Assembly: GCF_964355755.1 (NCBI RefSeq)
Contig: NC_092673.1
Span: 10,510,848-10,574,847, forward strand
Length of the DNA: 64,000 nt
Source of the DNA: Antedon mediterranea
Lineage: Eukaryota; Animalia; Echinodermata
Direction: 5' to 3'
Below are positions 34,901 to 49,900 of the stretch, in pieces. Under the pieces are notes generated by a model. The model was not told the origin of the DNA and made no database searches. It saw only the letters and a list, made by a program, of their open reading frames with translations. Position 1 is the stretch's first letter. Every line of letters starts with the position of its first letter. The position numbers were made by a program, and so were the translations under genes.

Positions 34901-37900
34901 GATCTATCACTCTCTCTCGCTGATCTATCTCTCTCTCTCGCACTGATCTATCTCTCTCTCTCTCGCTGATCTATCTCTATCTCTCACTGATCTATCTCTC
35001 TCTCTCGCTGATCTATCTCTCTCTCTCGCTGATCTATCTCTAGTTCTCTGTCGCTGATCTGTCTCTAGCTCTCTCTCGCTGATCTATCTCTCTCTGTCGC
35101 TGATCTATCTCTCTCTGTTCGTTATCTATCTCTCTCTGTCGCTGATCTATATCTCTCTGTCGCTGATCTATCTCCCTCTGTCGCTGATCTATCTCTCTCT
35201 GTCGCTGATCTATCTCTCTCTGTCGCTGATCTATCTCTCTATCTCTCTCTCGCTGATCTATCTCTCTCGCTGATCTATCTCTCTCTCGCTGATCTATCTC
35301 CCTCTCGCTGATCTATTTCTCTCTCGCTGATCTATCTCTCTCTCGCTGATCTATCTATCTCGCTGATCTATCTCTCTCTCTCTCGCTGATCTATCTCTCT
35401 CTCGCTGATCTATCTCTCTCTCGCTGATCTATCTGTCACTCGTTGATCTATCTCTCTCTCGCTGATCTATCTCTCTCTCTCTCTCGCTGATCTATCTCTC
35501 TCTCGCTGATCTATCTCTCTCTCGCTGATCTATCTCTCTCTCGCTGATCTATCTCTTTCTCTCGCTGATCTATCTCTCTCGCTGATCTATCTCTCTCTCG
35601 CTGATCTATCTCTCTCTCTCGCTGATCTATCTCTCTCTCGCTGATCTATCTCTCTCTCGCTGATCTATCTCTCTCTCTCGCTGATCTATCACTCTCTCTC
35701 GCTGATCTATCTCTCTCTCTCTCACTGATCTATCTCTCTCTCTCGCTGATCTATCTCTCTCTCGCTGATCTATCTCTCTCGCTGATCTATCTCTCTCTCG
35801 CTGATCTATCTCTCTCTCGCTGATCTATCTCTCTCTCGCTGATCTATCTCTCTCTCGCTGATCTATCTCTCTCTCGCTGATCTGTCTCTCTCTCGCTGAT
35901 CTATCTCTCTCTCGCTGATCTATCTCTCTCTCTCTCGCTGATCTATCTCTCTCTCGCTGATCTATCTCTCTCTCGCTGATCTATCTGTCACTCGTTGATC
36001 TATCTCTCTCTCGCTGATCTATCTCTCTCTCTCTCTCGCTGATCTATCTCTCTCTCGCTGATCTATCTCTCTCTCGCTGATCTATCTCTCTCTCGCTGAT
36101 CTATCTCTTTCTCTCGCTGATCTATCTCTCTCGCTGATCTATCTCTCTCTCGCTGATCTATCTCTCTCTCTCGCTGATCTATCTCTCTCTCGCTGATCTA
36201 TCTCTCTCTCGCTGATCTATCTCTCTCTCTCGCTGATCTATCACTCTCTCTCGCTGATCTATCTCTCTCTCTCTCACTGATCTATCTCTCTCTCTCGCTG
36301 ATCTATCTCTCTCTCGCTGATCTATCTCTCTCGCTGATCTATCTCTCTCTCGCTGATCTATCTCTCTCTCGCTGATCTATCTCTCTCTCGCTGATCTATC
36401 TCTCTCTCGCTGATCTATCTCTCTCTCGCTGATCTGTCTCTCTCTCGCTGATCTATCTCTCTCTCGCTGATCTATCTCTCTCTCGCCAATCTATCTCTCT
36501 CTCGCTGATCTATCTCTCTCTCGCTTATCTATCTCTCTCTCGCTGATCTACCTCTCTCTCGCTGATATATCTCTCTCTCTTGCTGATCTATCTCTCTCTC
36601 GCTGATATATCTCTATCTCGCTGATCTAACTCTCTCGCTGATCTATCTCTCTCTCGCTGATATATCTCTTTCTCGCTGATCTATCTCTCTCTCGCTTATC
36701 TATCTCTCTCTCGCTGATCTATCTCTCTCTCGCTGATCTATCTCTTTCTCGCTGATCTATCTCTCTCTCTCGCTGATATATCACTCTCTCTCGCTGATCT
36801 ATCTCTCTCTCTCGCTGATCTATCTCTCTCTCTCTCGCTGATCTATCTCTCTCTCGCTGATCTATCTCTCTCGCTGATCTATCTCTCTCTCTCGCTGATC
36901 TATCTCTCTCTCTCGCTGATCTATCTCTTTCTCGCTGATCTATCTCTCTCTCTCGCTGATCTATCTCTCTCTCGCTGATCTGTCTCTCTCTCGCTGATCT
37001 ATCTCTCTCTCGCTGATATAACTCTCCCCCGCTGATCTATCTCTCTCTCGCTAATCTATCTCTCTCTCACTGATCTATCTCTCTCTCTTGCTGATCTATC
37101 TCTCTCGCTGATCTATCTCTCTCTCGCTGATCTATCTCTCTCTCGCTGAAATATCTCTCTCTCGCTGATCTATCTCTCTCTCGCTGATCTATCTCTCTCT
37201 CTCTCGCTGATCTATCACTCTCTCTCGCTGATCTATCTCTCTCTCTCGCTGATCTATCTCTCTCTCTCGCTGATCTATCTCTCTCTCGCTGATCTATCTC
37301 TCTCGCTGATCTATCTCTCTCTCGCTGATCTATCTCTCTCTCTCTCTCGCTGATCTATCTCTCTCTCGCTGAGCTATCTCTCTCTTGCTGATCTATCTCT
37401 CTCTCTCGCTGATCTGTCTCTCTCTCGCTGATCTATCTCTCTCTCGCTGATCTATCTCTCTCTCGCTGATCTATCTCTCTCTCGTTGATCTATCTCTCTC
37501 TCGCTTATCTATCTCTCTCTCGCTGATCTACCTCTCTCCCGCTGATCTATCTCTCTCTCTCTCGCTGATCTATCTCTCTCTCGCTGATATATCTCTCTCT
37601 CGCTGATCTAACTCTCTCGCTGATCTATCTCTCTCTCGCTGATCTATCTCTTTCTCGCTGATCTATCTCTCTCTCGCTGATCTATCTCTCTCTCGCTGAT
37701 CTATCTCTCTCTCGCTGATCTATCTCTCTCTCGCTGATCTATCTCTCTCTCGCTGATCTATCTCTCTCTCGCTGATCTATCTCTCTCTCTCGCTGATCTA
37801 CCTCTCTCTTGCTGATCTATCTCTCTCTCTCTCGCTGATCTATCTCTCTCTCGCTGATATATCTCTCTCTCGCTGATCTAACTCTCTCGCTGATCTATCT

Positions 37901-40900
37901 CTCTCTCGCTGATCTATCTCTTTCTCGCTGATCTATCTCTCTCTCGCTGATCTATCTCTCTCTCGCTGATCTATCTCTCTCTCGCTGATCTATCTCTTTC
38001 TCGCTGATCTATCTCTCTCTCGCTGATCTATCTCTCTCTCGCTGATCTATCACTCTCTCTCGATGATCTATCTCTCTCTCTCTCGCTGATCTATCTCTCT
38101 TTCTCGCTGATCTATCTCTCTCTCGCTGATCTATCTCTCTCGCTGATCTATCTCTCTCTCGCTGATCTATCTCTCTCTCTCTCGATGATCTATCTCTCTC
38201 TCGCTGATCTATCTCTCTCTTGCTGATCTATCTCTCTCTCGCCGATCTATCTCTCTCTCGCTGATCTATCTCTCTCTTGCTGATCTATATCTCTCTCGCT
38301 GATCTATCTCTCTCTCGCTGATCTTTCTCTCTCTCTGGCTGATCTATCTCTCTCTCTCGCTGATCTATCTCTCTCGCTGATCTATCTCTCTCTCGCTGAT
38401 CTATCTCTCTCTCTCGCTGATCTATCTCTCTCGCTGATCTATCTTTCTCTCGCTGATCTATCTCTCTCTCTCTCGCGCTGATCTATCTCTCTCTCACTGA
38501 TCTATCCCTCTCTCGCAGATCCATCTCTCTCTCGCTGATCTATCTCTCTCTCGCTGATCTATCTCCCTCGCTGTTCTATCTCTCTCTAGTTGATCTATCT
38601 CTCTCTCGCTGATCTATCTCTCTCTCGCTGATCTATCTCTCTCTTGCTGATCTATCTCTCTCTCTCGCTGATCTATCTCTCTCTCGCTGATCTATCTCTC
38701 TCTCTCTTGCTGATCTATCACTCTCTCTCGCTGATCTATCTCTCTCTCGCACTGATCTATCTCTCTCTCGCTGATATAACTCTCCCTCGCTGATCTATCT
38801 CTCTCTTGCTGATCTATCTCTCTCTCTCGCTGATCTATCTCTCTCTCACTGATCTATCCCTCTCTCGCAGATCCATCTCTCTCTCGCTGATCTATCTCTC
38901 TCTCGCTGATCTATCTCCCTCGCTGTTCTATCTCTCTCTAGTTGATCTATCTCTCTCTCGCTGATCTATCTCTCTCGCTGATCTATCTCTCTCTCTCGCT
39001 GATCTATCTCTCTCTCTCGCTGATCTATCTCTTTCTCGCTGATCTATCTCTCTCTCTCGCTGATCTATCTCTCTCTCGCTGATCTGTCTCTCTCTCGCTG
39101 ATCTATCTCTCTCTCGCTGATATAACTCTCCCCCGCTGATCTATCTCTCTCTCGCTAATCTATCTCTCTCTCACTGATCTATCTCTCTCTCTTGCTGATC
39201 TATCTCTCTCGCTGATCTATCTCTCTCTCGCTGATCTATCTCTCTCTCGCTGAAATATCTCTCTCTCGCTGATCTATCTCTCTCTCGCTGATCTATCTCT
39301 CTCTCTCTCGCTGATCTATCACTCTCTCTCGCTGATCTATCTCTCTCTCTCGCTGATCTATCTCTCTCTCTCGCTGATCTATCTCTCTCTCGCTGATCTA
39401 TCTCTCTCGCTGATCTATCTCTCTCTCGCTGATCTATCTCTCTCTCTCTCTCGCTGATCTATCTCTCTCTCGCTGAGCTATCTCTCTCTTGCTGATCTAT
39501 CTCTCTCTCTCGCTGATCTGTCTCTCTCTCGCTGATCTATCTCTCTCTCGCTGATCTATCTCTCTCTCGCTGATCTATCTCTCTCTCGTTGATCTATCTC
39601 TCTCTCGCTTATCTATCTCTCTCTCGCTGATCTACCTCTCTCCCGCTGATCTATCTCTCTCTCTCTCGCTGATCTATCTCTCTCTCGCTGATATATCTCT
39701 CTCTCGCTGATCTAACTCTCTCGCTGATCTATCTCTCTCTCGCTGATCTATCTCTTTCTCGCTGATCTATCTCTCTCTCGCTGATCTATCTCTCTCTCGC
39801 TGATCTATCTCTCTCTCGCTGATCTATCTCTCTCTCGCTGATCTATCTCTCTCTCGCTGATCTATCTCTCTCTCGCTGATCTATCTCTCTCTCGCTGATC
39901 TACCTCTCTCTTGCTGATCTATCTCTCTCTCTCTCGCTGATCTATCTCTCTCTCGCTGATATATCTCTCTCTCGCTGATCTAACTCTCTCGCTGATCTAT
40001 CTCTCTCTCGCTGATCTATCTCTTTCTCGCTGATCTATCTCTCTCTCGCTGATCTATCTCTCTCTCGCTGATCTATCTCTCTCTCGCTGATCTATCTCTT
40101 TCTCGCTGATCTATCTCTCTCTCGCTGATCTATCTCTCTCTCGCTGATCTATCACTCTCTCTCGATGATCTATCTCTCTCTCTCTCGCTGATCTATCTCT
40201 CTTTCTCGCTGATCTATCTCTCTCTCGCTGATCTATCTCTCTCGCTGATCTATCTCTCTCTCGCTGATCTATCTCTCTCTCTCTCGATGATCTATCTCTC
40301 TCTCGCTGATCTATCTCTCTCTTGCTGATCTATCTCTCTCTCGCCGATCTATCTCTCTCTCGCTGATCTATCTCTCTCTTGCTGATCTATATCTCTCTCG
40401 CTGATCTATCTCTCTCTCGCTGATCTTTCTCTCTCTCTGGCTGATCTATCTCTCTCTCTCGCTGATCTATCTCTCTCGCTGATCTATCTCTCTCTCGCTG
40501 ATCTATCTCTCTCTCTCGCTGATCTATCTCTCTCGCTGATCTATCTTTCTCTCGCTGATCTATCTCTCTCTCTCTCGCGCTGATCTATCTCTCTCTCACT
40601 GATCTATCCCTCTCTCGCAGATCCATCTCTCTCTCGCTGATCTATCTCTCTCTCGCTGATCTATCTCCCTCGCTGTTCTATCTCTCTCTAGTTGATCTAT
40701 CTCTCTCTCGCTGATCTATCTCTCTCTCGCTGATCTATCTCTCTCTTGCTGATCTATCTCTCTCTCTCGCTGATCTATCTCTCTCTCGCTGATCTATCTC
40801 TCTCTCTCTTGCTGATCTATCACTCTCTCTCGCTGATCTATCTCTCTCTCGCACTGATCTATCTCTCTCTCTCTCGCTGATCTATCTCTCTCTCTCGCTG

Positions 40901-43900
40901 ATTTATCTCTCTCTCGCTGATCTATCTCTCTCGCTGATCTATCTCTCTCTATCTCTGATTTATCTCTCTCGCTGATCAATCTCTCTCGCTGATCTAACTC
41001 TCTCGATGATCTATCTCTCTCTCGCTGATCTATCTCTTTCTCGCTGATCTATCTCTCTCTCGCTGATCTATCTCTCTCTCACTGATCTATCTCTCTCTCG
41101 CTGATCTATCTCTCACTCGCTGACATATCTCTCACTCGCTGATCTATCTCTCTCTCGCTGATCTATCTCTCTCTCGCTGATCTATCTCTCTCGTTGATCT
41201 ATCTCTCTCGCTGATCTATCTCTCTCTCGCTGATCTATCTCTCTCTCGCTGATCTATCTCTCTCGCAGATCTATCTCTTTCTCGCTGATCTATCTCTCTC
41301 TCGCTGATCTATCTCTCTCTCTCGCTGATTTATCTCTCTCTCGCTGATCTATCTCTCTCGCTGATCTATTTCTCTCTCTCTCTGATTTATCTCTCTCTCG
41401 ATTATCTATCTCTCTCTCGCTGATCTACCTCTCTCTCGCTGATCTATCTCTCTCTCTCGCTGATCTATCTCTCTCTCGCTGATCTATCTCTCTCTCTCTG
41501 ATCTAACTCTCTCGCTGACCTATCTCTATCTCGCTGATCTATCTCTTTCTCGCTGATCTATATCTCTCTCGCTGATCTATCTCTCTCTCGCTGATCTATT
41601 TCGCTCTCGCTGATCTATCTCTCACTTGCTGATCTATCTCTCACTCTCTGATCTATCTCTCTCTCGCTGATCTATCTCTCTCTCGCTGATCTATCTCTCT
41701 CGTTGATCTATCTCTCTCTCGCTGATCTATCTCTCTCTCGCTGATCTATCTCTCTCGCTGATCTATCTCTCTCTCGCTGATCTATCTCTCTCTCTCGCTG
41801 ATCTATCTCACTCTCGCTGATCTATCTCTCTCTCGCTGATCTATCTCTCTGTCGCTGATCTATCTCTCTCTCGCCGATCTATCTCTCTCTCGCTGATCTA
41901 TCTCTCTCTTGCTGATCTATATCTCTCTCGCTGATCTATCTCTCTCTCGCTGATCTTTCTCTCTCTCTGGCTGATCTATCTCTCTCACTCGCTGATCTAT
42001 CTCTCTCGCTGATCTATCTCTCTCTCGCTGATCTATCTCTCTCTCTCGCTGATCTATCTCTCTCGCTGATCTATCTTTCTCTCGCTGATCTATCTCTCTC
42101 TCTCTCGCGCTGATCTATCTCTCTCTCGCTGATCTATCCCTCTCTCGCAGATCCATCTCTCTCTCGCTGATCTATCTCTCTCTCGCTGATCTATCTCCCT
42201 CGCTGTTCTATCTCTCTCTAGTTGATCTATCTCTCTCTCGCTGATCTATCTTTCTCTCGCTGATCTACCTCTCTCTCGCTGATCTATCTCTCTCTCTCGC
42301 TGATCTATCTCTCTCTCGCTGATCTATCTCTCTCTCTCTGATCTAACTCTCTCGCTGACCTATCTCTATCTCGCTGATCTATCTCTTTCTCGCTGATCTA
42401 TATCTCTCTCGCTGATCTATCTCTCTCTCGCTGATCTATTTCGCTCTCGCTGATCTATCTCTCACTTGCTGATCTATCTCTCACTCTCTGATCTATCTCT
42501 CTCTCGCTGATCTATCTCTCTCTCGCTGATCTATCTCTCTCGTTGATCTATCTCTCTCTCGCTGATCTATCTCTCTCTCGCTGATCTATCTCTCTCGCTG
42601 ATCTATCTCTCTCTCGCTGATCTATCTCTCTCTCTCGCTGATCTATCTCACTCTCGCTGATCTATCTCTCTCTCGCTGATCTATCTCTCTCTCGCTGATC
42701 TATCTCTCTCTCGCCGATCTATCTCTCTCTCGCTGATCTATCTCTCTCTTGCTGATCTATATCTCTCTCGCTGATCTATCTCTCTCTCGCTGATCTTTCT
42801 CTCTCTCTGGCTGATCTATCTCTCTCACTCGCTGATCTATCTCTCTCGCTGATCTATCTCTCTCTCGCTGATCTATCTCTCTCTCTCGCTGATCTATCTC
42901 TCTCGCTGATCTATCTTTCTCTCGCTGATCTATCTCTCTCTCTCTCGCGCTGATCTATCTCTCTCTCGCTGATCTATCCCTCTCTCGCAGATCCATCTCT
43001 CTCTCGCTGATCTATCTCTCTCTCGCTGATCTATCTCCCTCGCTGTTCTATCTCTCTCTAGTTGATCTATCTCTCTCTCGCTGATCTATCTTTCTCTCGC
43101 TGATCTATCTCTCTCTTGCTGATCTATCTCTCTCTCTCGCTGATCTATCTCTCTCTCGCTGATCTATCTCTCTCTCTTGCTGATCTATCACTCTCTCTCG
43201 CTGATCTATCTCTCTCTCGCACTGATCTATCTCTCTCTCTCTCGCTGATCTATCTCTATCTCTCACTGATCTATCTCTCTCTCGCTGATCTATCTCTCTC
43301 TCTCGCTGATCTATCTCTAGTTCTCTGTCGCTGATCTGTCTCTAGCTCTCTCTCGCTGATCTATCTCTCTCTGTCGCTGATCTATCTCTCTCTGTTCGTT
43401 ATCTATCTCTCTCTGTCGCTGATCTATATCTCTCTGTCGCTGATCTATCTCCCTCTGTCGCTGATCTATCTCTCTCTGTCGCTGATCTATCTCTCTCTGT
43501 CGCTGATCTATCTCTCTATCTCTCTCTCGCTGATCTATCTCTCTCGCTGATCTATCTCTCTCTCTCGCTGATCTATCTCCCTCTCGCTGATCTATTTCTC
43601 TCTCGCTGATCTATCTCTCTCTCGCTGATCTATCTCTCTCGCTGATCTATCTCTCTCTCTCTCGCTGATCTATCTCTCTCTCGCTGATCTATCTCTCTCT
43701 CGCTGATCTATCTGTCACTCGTTGATCTATCTCTCTCTCGCTGATCTATCTCTCTCTCTCTCTCTCGCTGATCTATCTCTCTCTCGCTGATCTATCTCTC
43801 TCTCGCTGATCTATCTCTCTCTCGCTGATCTATCTCTCTCTCTTGCTGATCTATCTCTCTTGCTGATCTATCTCTCTCTCGCTGATCTATCTCTCTCTCT

Positions 43901-46900
43901 CGCTGATCTATCTCTCTCTCGCTGATCTATCTCTCTCTCGCTGATCTATCTCTCTCTCTCGCTGATCTATCACTCTCTCTCGCTGATCTATCTCTCTCTC
44001 TCACTGATCTATCTCTCTCTCTCGCTGATCTATCTCTCTCTCGCTGATCTATCTCTCTCGCTGATCTATCTCTCTCTCGCTGATCTATCTCTCTCTCGCT
44101 GATCTATCTCTCTCTCGCTGATCTATCTCTCTCTCGCTGATCTATCTCTCTCTCGCTGATCTGTCTCTCTCTCGCTGATCTATCTCTCTCTCGCTGATCT
44201 ATCTCTCTCTCGCCGATCTATCTCTCTCTCGCTGATCTATCTCTCTCTCGCTTATCTATCTCTCTTTCGCTGATCTACCTCTCTCTCGCTGATATATCTC
44301 TCTCTCTTGCTTATCTATCTCTCTCTCGCTGATATATCTCTCTCTCGCTGATCTAACTCTCTCGCTGATCTATCTCTCTCTCGCTGATATATCTCTTTCT
44401 CGCTGATCTATCTCTCTCTCGCTTATCTATCTCTCTCTCGCTGATCTATCTCTCTCTCGCTGATCTATCTCTCTCTCGCTGATCTATCTCTCTCTCTCTC
44501 GCTGATATATCACTCTCTCTCGCTGATCTATCTCTCTCTTTCTCGCTGATCTATCTCTCTCTCTCTCTCGCTGATCTATCTCTCTCTCGCTGATCTATCT
44601 CTCTCGCTGATCTATCTCTCTCTCTCGCTGATCTATCTCTCTCTCTCGCTGATCTATCTCTCTCTCGCTGATCTATCTCTCTCTCTCTCGCTGATCTATC
44701 TCTCTCTCGCTGATCTGTCTCTCTCTCGCTGATCTATCTCTCTCTCGCTGATATAACTCTCCCCCGCTGATCTATCTCTCTCTCGCTAATCTATCTCTCT
44801 CTCACTGATCTATCTCTCTCTCTTGCTGATATATCTCTCTCGCTGATCTATCTCTCTCTCGCTGATCTATCTCTCTCTCGCTGAAATATCTCTCTCTCGC
44901 TGATCTATCTCTCTCTCGCTGATCTATCTCTCTCTCTCTCGCTGATCTATCACTCTCTCTCGCTGATCTATCTCTCTCTCTCGCTGATCTATCTCTCTCT
45001 CTCGCTGATCTATCTCTCTCTCGCTGATCTATCTCTCTCGCTGATCTATCTCTCTCTCGCTGATCTATCTCTCTCTCTCGCTGATCTATCTCTCTCTCTC
45101 GCTGATCTATCTCTCTCTCGCTGATCTATCTCTCTCTCGCTGATCTATCTCTCTCTCTCTCTCGCTGATCTATCTCTCTCTCGCTGATCTATCTCTCTCT
45201 TGCTGATCTATCTCTCTCTCTCGCTGATCTGTCTCTCTCTCGCTGATCTATCTCTCTCTCGCTGATCTATCTCTCTCTCGCTGATCTATCTCTCTCTCGT
45301 TGATCTATCTCTCTCTCGCTTATCTATCTCTCTCTCGCTGATCTACCTCTCTCTCGCTGATCTATCTCTCTTTCTCTCGCTGATCTATCTCTCTCTCGCT
45401 GATATATCTCTCTCTCGCTGATCTAACTCTCTCGCTGATCTATCTCTCTCTCGCTGATCTATCTCTTTCTCGCTGATCTATCTCTCTCTCGCTGATCTAT
45501 CTCTCTCTCGCTGATCTATCTCTCTCTCGCTGATCTATCTCTCTCTCGCTGATCTATCTCTCTCTCGCTGATCTATCTCTCTCTCGCTGATCTATCTCTC
45601 TCTCGTTGATCTATCTCTCTCTCGCTTATCTATCTCTCTCTCGCTGATCTACCTCTCTCTTGCTGATCTATCTCTCTCTCTCTCGCTGATCTATCTCTCT
45701 CTCGCTGATATATCTCTCTCTCGCTGATCTAACTCTCTCGCTGATCTATCTCTCTCTCGCTGATCTATCTCTTTCTCGCTGATCTATCTCTCTCTCGCTG
45801 ATCTATCTCTCTCTCGCTGATCTATCTCTCTCTCGCTGATCTATCTCTTTCTCGCTGATCTATCTCTCTCTCGCTGATCTATCTCTCTCTCGCTGATCTA
45901 TCACTCTCTCTCGATGATCTATCTCTCTCTCTCTCGCTGATCTATCTCTCTTTCTCGCTGATCTATCTCTCTCTCGCTGATCTATCTCTCTCGCTGATCT
46001 ATCTCTCTCTCGCTGATCTATCTCTCTCTCTCTCGATGATCTATCTCTCTCTCGCTGATCTATCTCTCTCTTGCTGATCTATCTCTCTCTCGCCGATCTA
46101 TCTCTCTCTCGCTGATCTATCTCTCTCTTGCTGATCTATATCTCTCTCGCTGATCTATCTCTCTCTCGCTGATCTTTCTCTCTCTCTGGCTGATCTATCT
46201 CTCTCTCTCGCTGATCTATCTCTCTCGCTGATCTATCTCTCTCTCGCTGATCTATCTCTCTCTCTCGCTGATCTATCTCTCTCGCTGATCTATCTTTCTC
46301 TCGCTGATCTATCTCTCTCTCTCTCGCGCTGATCTATCTCTCTCTCGCTGATCTATCCCTCTCTCGCAGATCCATCTCTCTCTCGCTGATCTATCTCTCT
46401 CTCGCTGATCTATCTCCCTCGCTGTTCTATCTCTCTCTAGTTGATCTATCTCTCTCTCGCTGATCTATCTCTCTCTCGCTGATCTATCTCTCTCTTGCTG
46501 ATCTATCTCTCTCTCTCGCTGATCTATCTCTCTCTCGCTGATCTATCTCTCTCTCTCTTGCTGATCTATCACTCTCTCTCGCTGATCTATCTCTCTCTCG
46601 CACTGATCTATCTCTCTCTCTCTCGCTGATCTATCTCTATCTCTCACTGATCTATCTCTCTCTCTCGCTGATCTATCTCTCTCTCTCGCTGATCTATCTC
46701 TAGTTCTCTGTCGCTGATCTGTCTCTAGCTCTCTCTCGCTGATCTATCTCTCTCTGTCGCTGATCTATCTCTCTCTGTTCGTTATCTATCTCTCTCTGTC
46801 GCTGATCTATATCTCTCTGTCGCTGATCTATCTCCCTCTGTCGCTGATCTATCTCTCTCTGTCGCTGATCTATCTCTCTCTGTCGCTGATCTATCTCTCT

Positions 46901-49900
46901 ATCTCTCTCTCGCTGATCTATCTCTCTCGCTGATCTATCTCTCTCTCGCTGATCTATCTCCCTCTCGCTGATCTATTTCTCTCTCTCTGATCTATCTCTC
47001 TCTCGCTGATCTATCTCTCTCGCTGATCTATCTCTCTCTCTCTCGCTGATCTATCTCTCTCTCGCTGATCTATCTCTCTCTCGCTGATCTATCTGTCACT
47101 CGTTGATCTATCTCTCTCTCGCTGATCTATCTCTCTCTCTCTCTCGCTGATCTATCTCTCTCTCGCTGATCTATCTCTCTCTCGCTGATCTATCTCTCTC
47201 TCGCTGATCTATCTCTCTCTCTCTCGCTGATCTATCTCTCTCGCTGATCTTTCTCTCTCTCGCTGATCTATCTCTCTCTCTCGCTGATCTATCTCTCTCT
47301 CGCTGATCTATCTCTCTCTCGCTGATCTATCTCTCTCTCTCGCTGATCTATCACTCTCTCTCGCTGATCTATCTCTCTCTCTCTCACTGATCTATCTCTC
47401 TCTCTCGCTGATCTATCTCTCTCTCGCTGATCTATCTCTCTCTCGCTGATCTATCTCTCTCGCTGATCTATCTCTCTCTCGCTGATCTATCTCTCTCTCG
47501 CTGATCTATCTCTCTCTCGCTGATCTATCTCTCGCTGATCTATCTCTCTCTCGCTGATCTGTCTCTCTCTCGCTGATCTATCTCTCTCTCGCTGATCTAT
47601 CTCTCTCTCGCTGATCTATCTCTCTCTCGCTGATCTATCTCTCTCTCGCTTATCTATCTCTCTCTCGCTGATCTACCTCTCTCTCGCTGATATATCTCTC
47701 TCTCTTGCTGATCTATCTCTCTCTCGCTGATATATCTCTCTCTCGCTAATCTATCTCTCTCTCGCTGATATATCTCTTTCTCGCTGATCTATCTCTCTCT
47801 CGCTTATCTATCTCTCTCTCGCTGATCTATCTCTCTCTCGCTGATCTATCTCTCTCTCGCCGATCTATCTCTCTCTCTCGCTGATCTATCTCTCTCTTGC
47901 TGATCTATCTCTCTCTCGCCGATCTATCTCTCTCTCGCTGATCTATCTCTCTCTTGCTGATCTATATCTCTCTCGCTGATCTATCTCTCTCTCGCTGATC
48001 TTTCTCTCTCTCTGGCTGATCTATCTCTCTCTCTCGCTGATCTATCTCTCTCGCTGATCTATCTCTCTCTCGCTGATCTATCTCTCTCTCTCTCGCTGAT
48101 CTATCTCTCTCGCTGATCTATCTTTCTCTCGCTGATCTATCTCTCTCTCTCTCGCGCTGATCTATCTCTCTCTCGCTGATCTATCCCTCTCTCGCAGATC
48201 CATCTCTCTCTCGCTGATCTATCTCTCTCTCGCTGATCTATCTCCCTCGCTGTTCTATCTCTCTCTAGTTGATCTATCTCTCTCTCGCTGATCTATCTCT
48301 CTCTCGCTGATCTATCTCTCTCTTGCTGATCTATCTCTCTCTCTCGCTGATCTATCTCTCTCTCGCTGATCTATCTCTCTCTCTCTTGCTGATCTATCAC
48401 TCTCTCTCGCTGATCTATCTCTCTCTCGCACTGATCTATCTCTCTCTCTCTCGCTGATCTATCTCTATCTCTCACTGATCTATCTCTCTCTCTCGCTGAT
48501 CTATCTCTCTCTCTCGCTGATCTATCTCTAGTTCTCTGTCGCTGATCTGTCTCTAGCTCTCTCTCGCTGATCTATCTCTCTCTGTCGCTGATCTATCTCT
48601 CTCTGTTCGTTATCTATCTCTCTCTGTCGCTGATCTATATCTCTCTGTCGCTGATCTATCTCCCTCTGTCGCTGATCTATCTCTCTCTGTCGCTGATCTA
48701 TCTCTCTCTGTCGCTGATCTATCTCTCTATCTCTCTCTCGCTGATCTATCTCTCTCGCTGATCTATCTCTCTCTCGCTGATCTATCTCCCTCTCGCTGAT
48801 CTATTTCTCTCTCGCTGATCTATCTCTCTCTCGCTGATCTATCTCTCTCGCTGATCTATCTCTCTCTCTCTCGCTGATCTATCTCTCTCGCTGATCTATC
48901 TCTCTCTCTCTCGCTGATCTATCTCTCTCTCGCTGATCTATCTCTCTCTCGCTGATCTATCTGTCACTCGTTGATCTATCTCTCTCTCGCTGATCTATCT
49001 CTCTCTCGCTGATCTATCTCTCTCTCGCTGATCTATCTCTCTCTCTCGCTGATCTATCTCTCTCGCTGATCTATCTCTCTCTCGCTGATCTATCTTTCTC
49101 TCTCGCTGATCTATCTCTCTCTCGCTGATCTATCTCTCTCTCGCTGATCTATCTCTCTCTCTCGCTGATCTATCACTCTCTCTCGCTGATCTATCTCTCT
49201 CTCTCTCACTGATCTATCTCTCTCTCTCGCTGATCTATCTCTCTCGCTGATCTATCTCTCTCTCTCGCTGATCTATCTCTCTCTCTCGCTGATCTATCTC
49301 TCTCTCGCTGATCTATCTCTCTCTCTCTCGCTGATCTATCTCTCTCTCGCTGATCTGTCTCTCTCTCGCTGATCTATCTCTCTCTCGCTGATATAACTCT
49401 CCCCGCTGATCTATCTCTCTCTCGCTAATCTATCTCTCTCTCACTGATCTATCTCTCTCTCTTGCTGATATATCTCTCTCGCTGATCTATCTCTCTCTCG
49501 CTGATCTATCTCTCTCTCGCTGAAATATCTCTCTCTCGCTGATCTATCTCTCTCTCGCTGATCTATCTCTCTCTCTCTCGCTGATCTATCACTCTCTCTC
49601 GCTGATCTATCTCTCTCTCTCGCTGATCTATCTCTCTCTCTCGCTGATCTATCTCTCTCTCGCTGATCTATCTCTCTCGCTGATCTATCTCTCTCTCGCT
49701 GATCTATCTCTCTCTCTCGCTGATCTATCTCTCTCTCTCGCTGATCTATCTCTCTCTCGCTGATCTATCTCTCTCTCGCTGATCTATCTCTCTCTCTCTC
49801 TCGCTGATCTATCTCTCTCTCGCTGATCTATCTCTCTCTTGCTGATCTATCTCTCTCTCTCGCTGATCTGTCTCTCTCTCGCTGATCTATCTCTCTCTCG

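Noticed and set aside
32885-43334. ORFs 32885-33262, 40794-40979 and 43116-43334 (SLSLIYL/ERDRS repeats)
   Set aside because: These are translations of the satellite, with no evidence of coding function.
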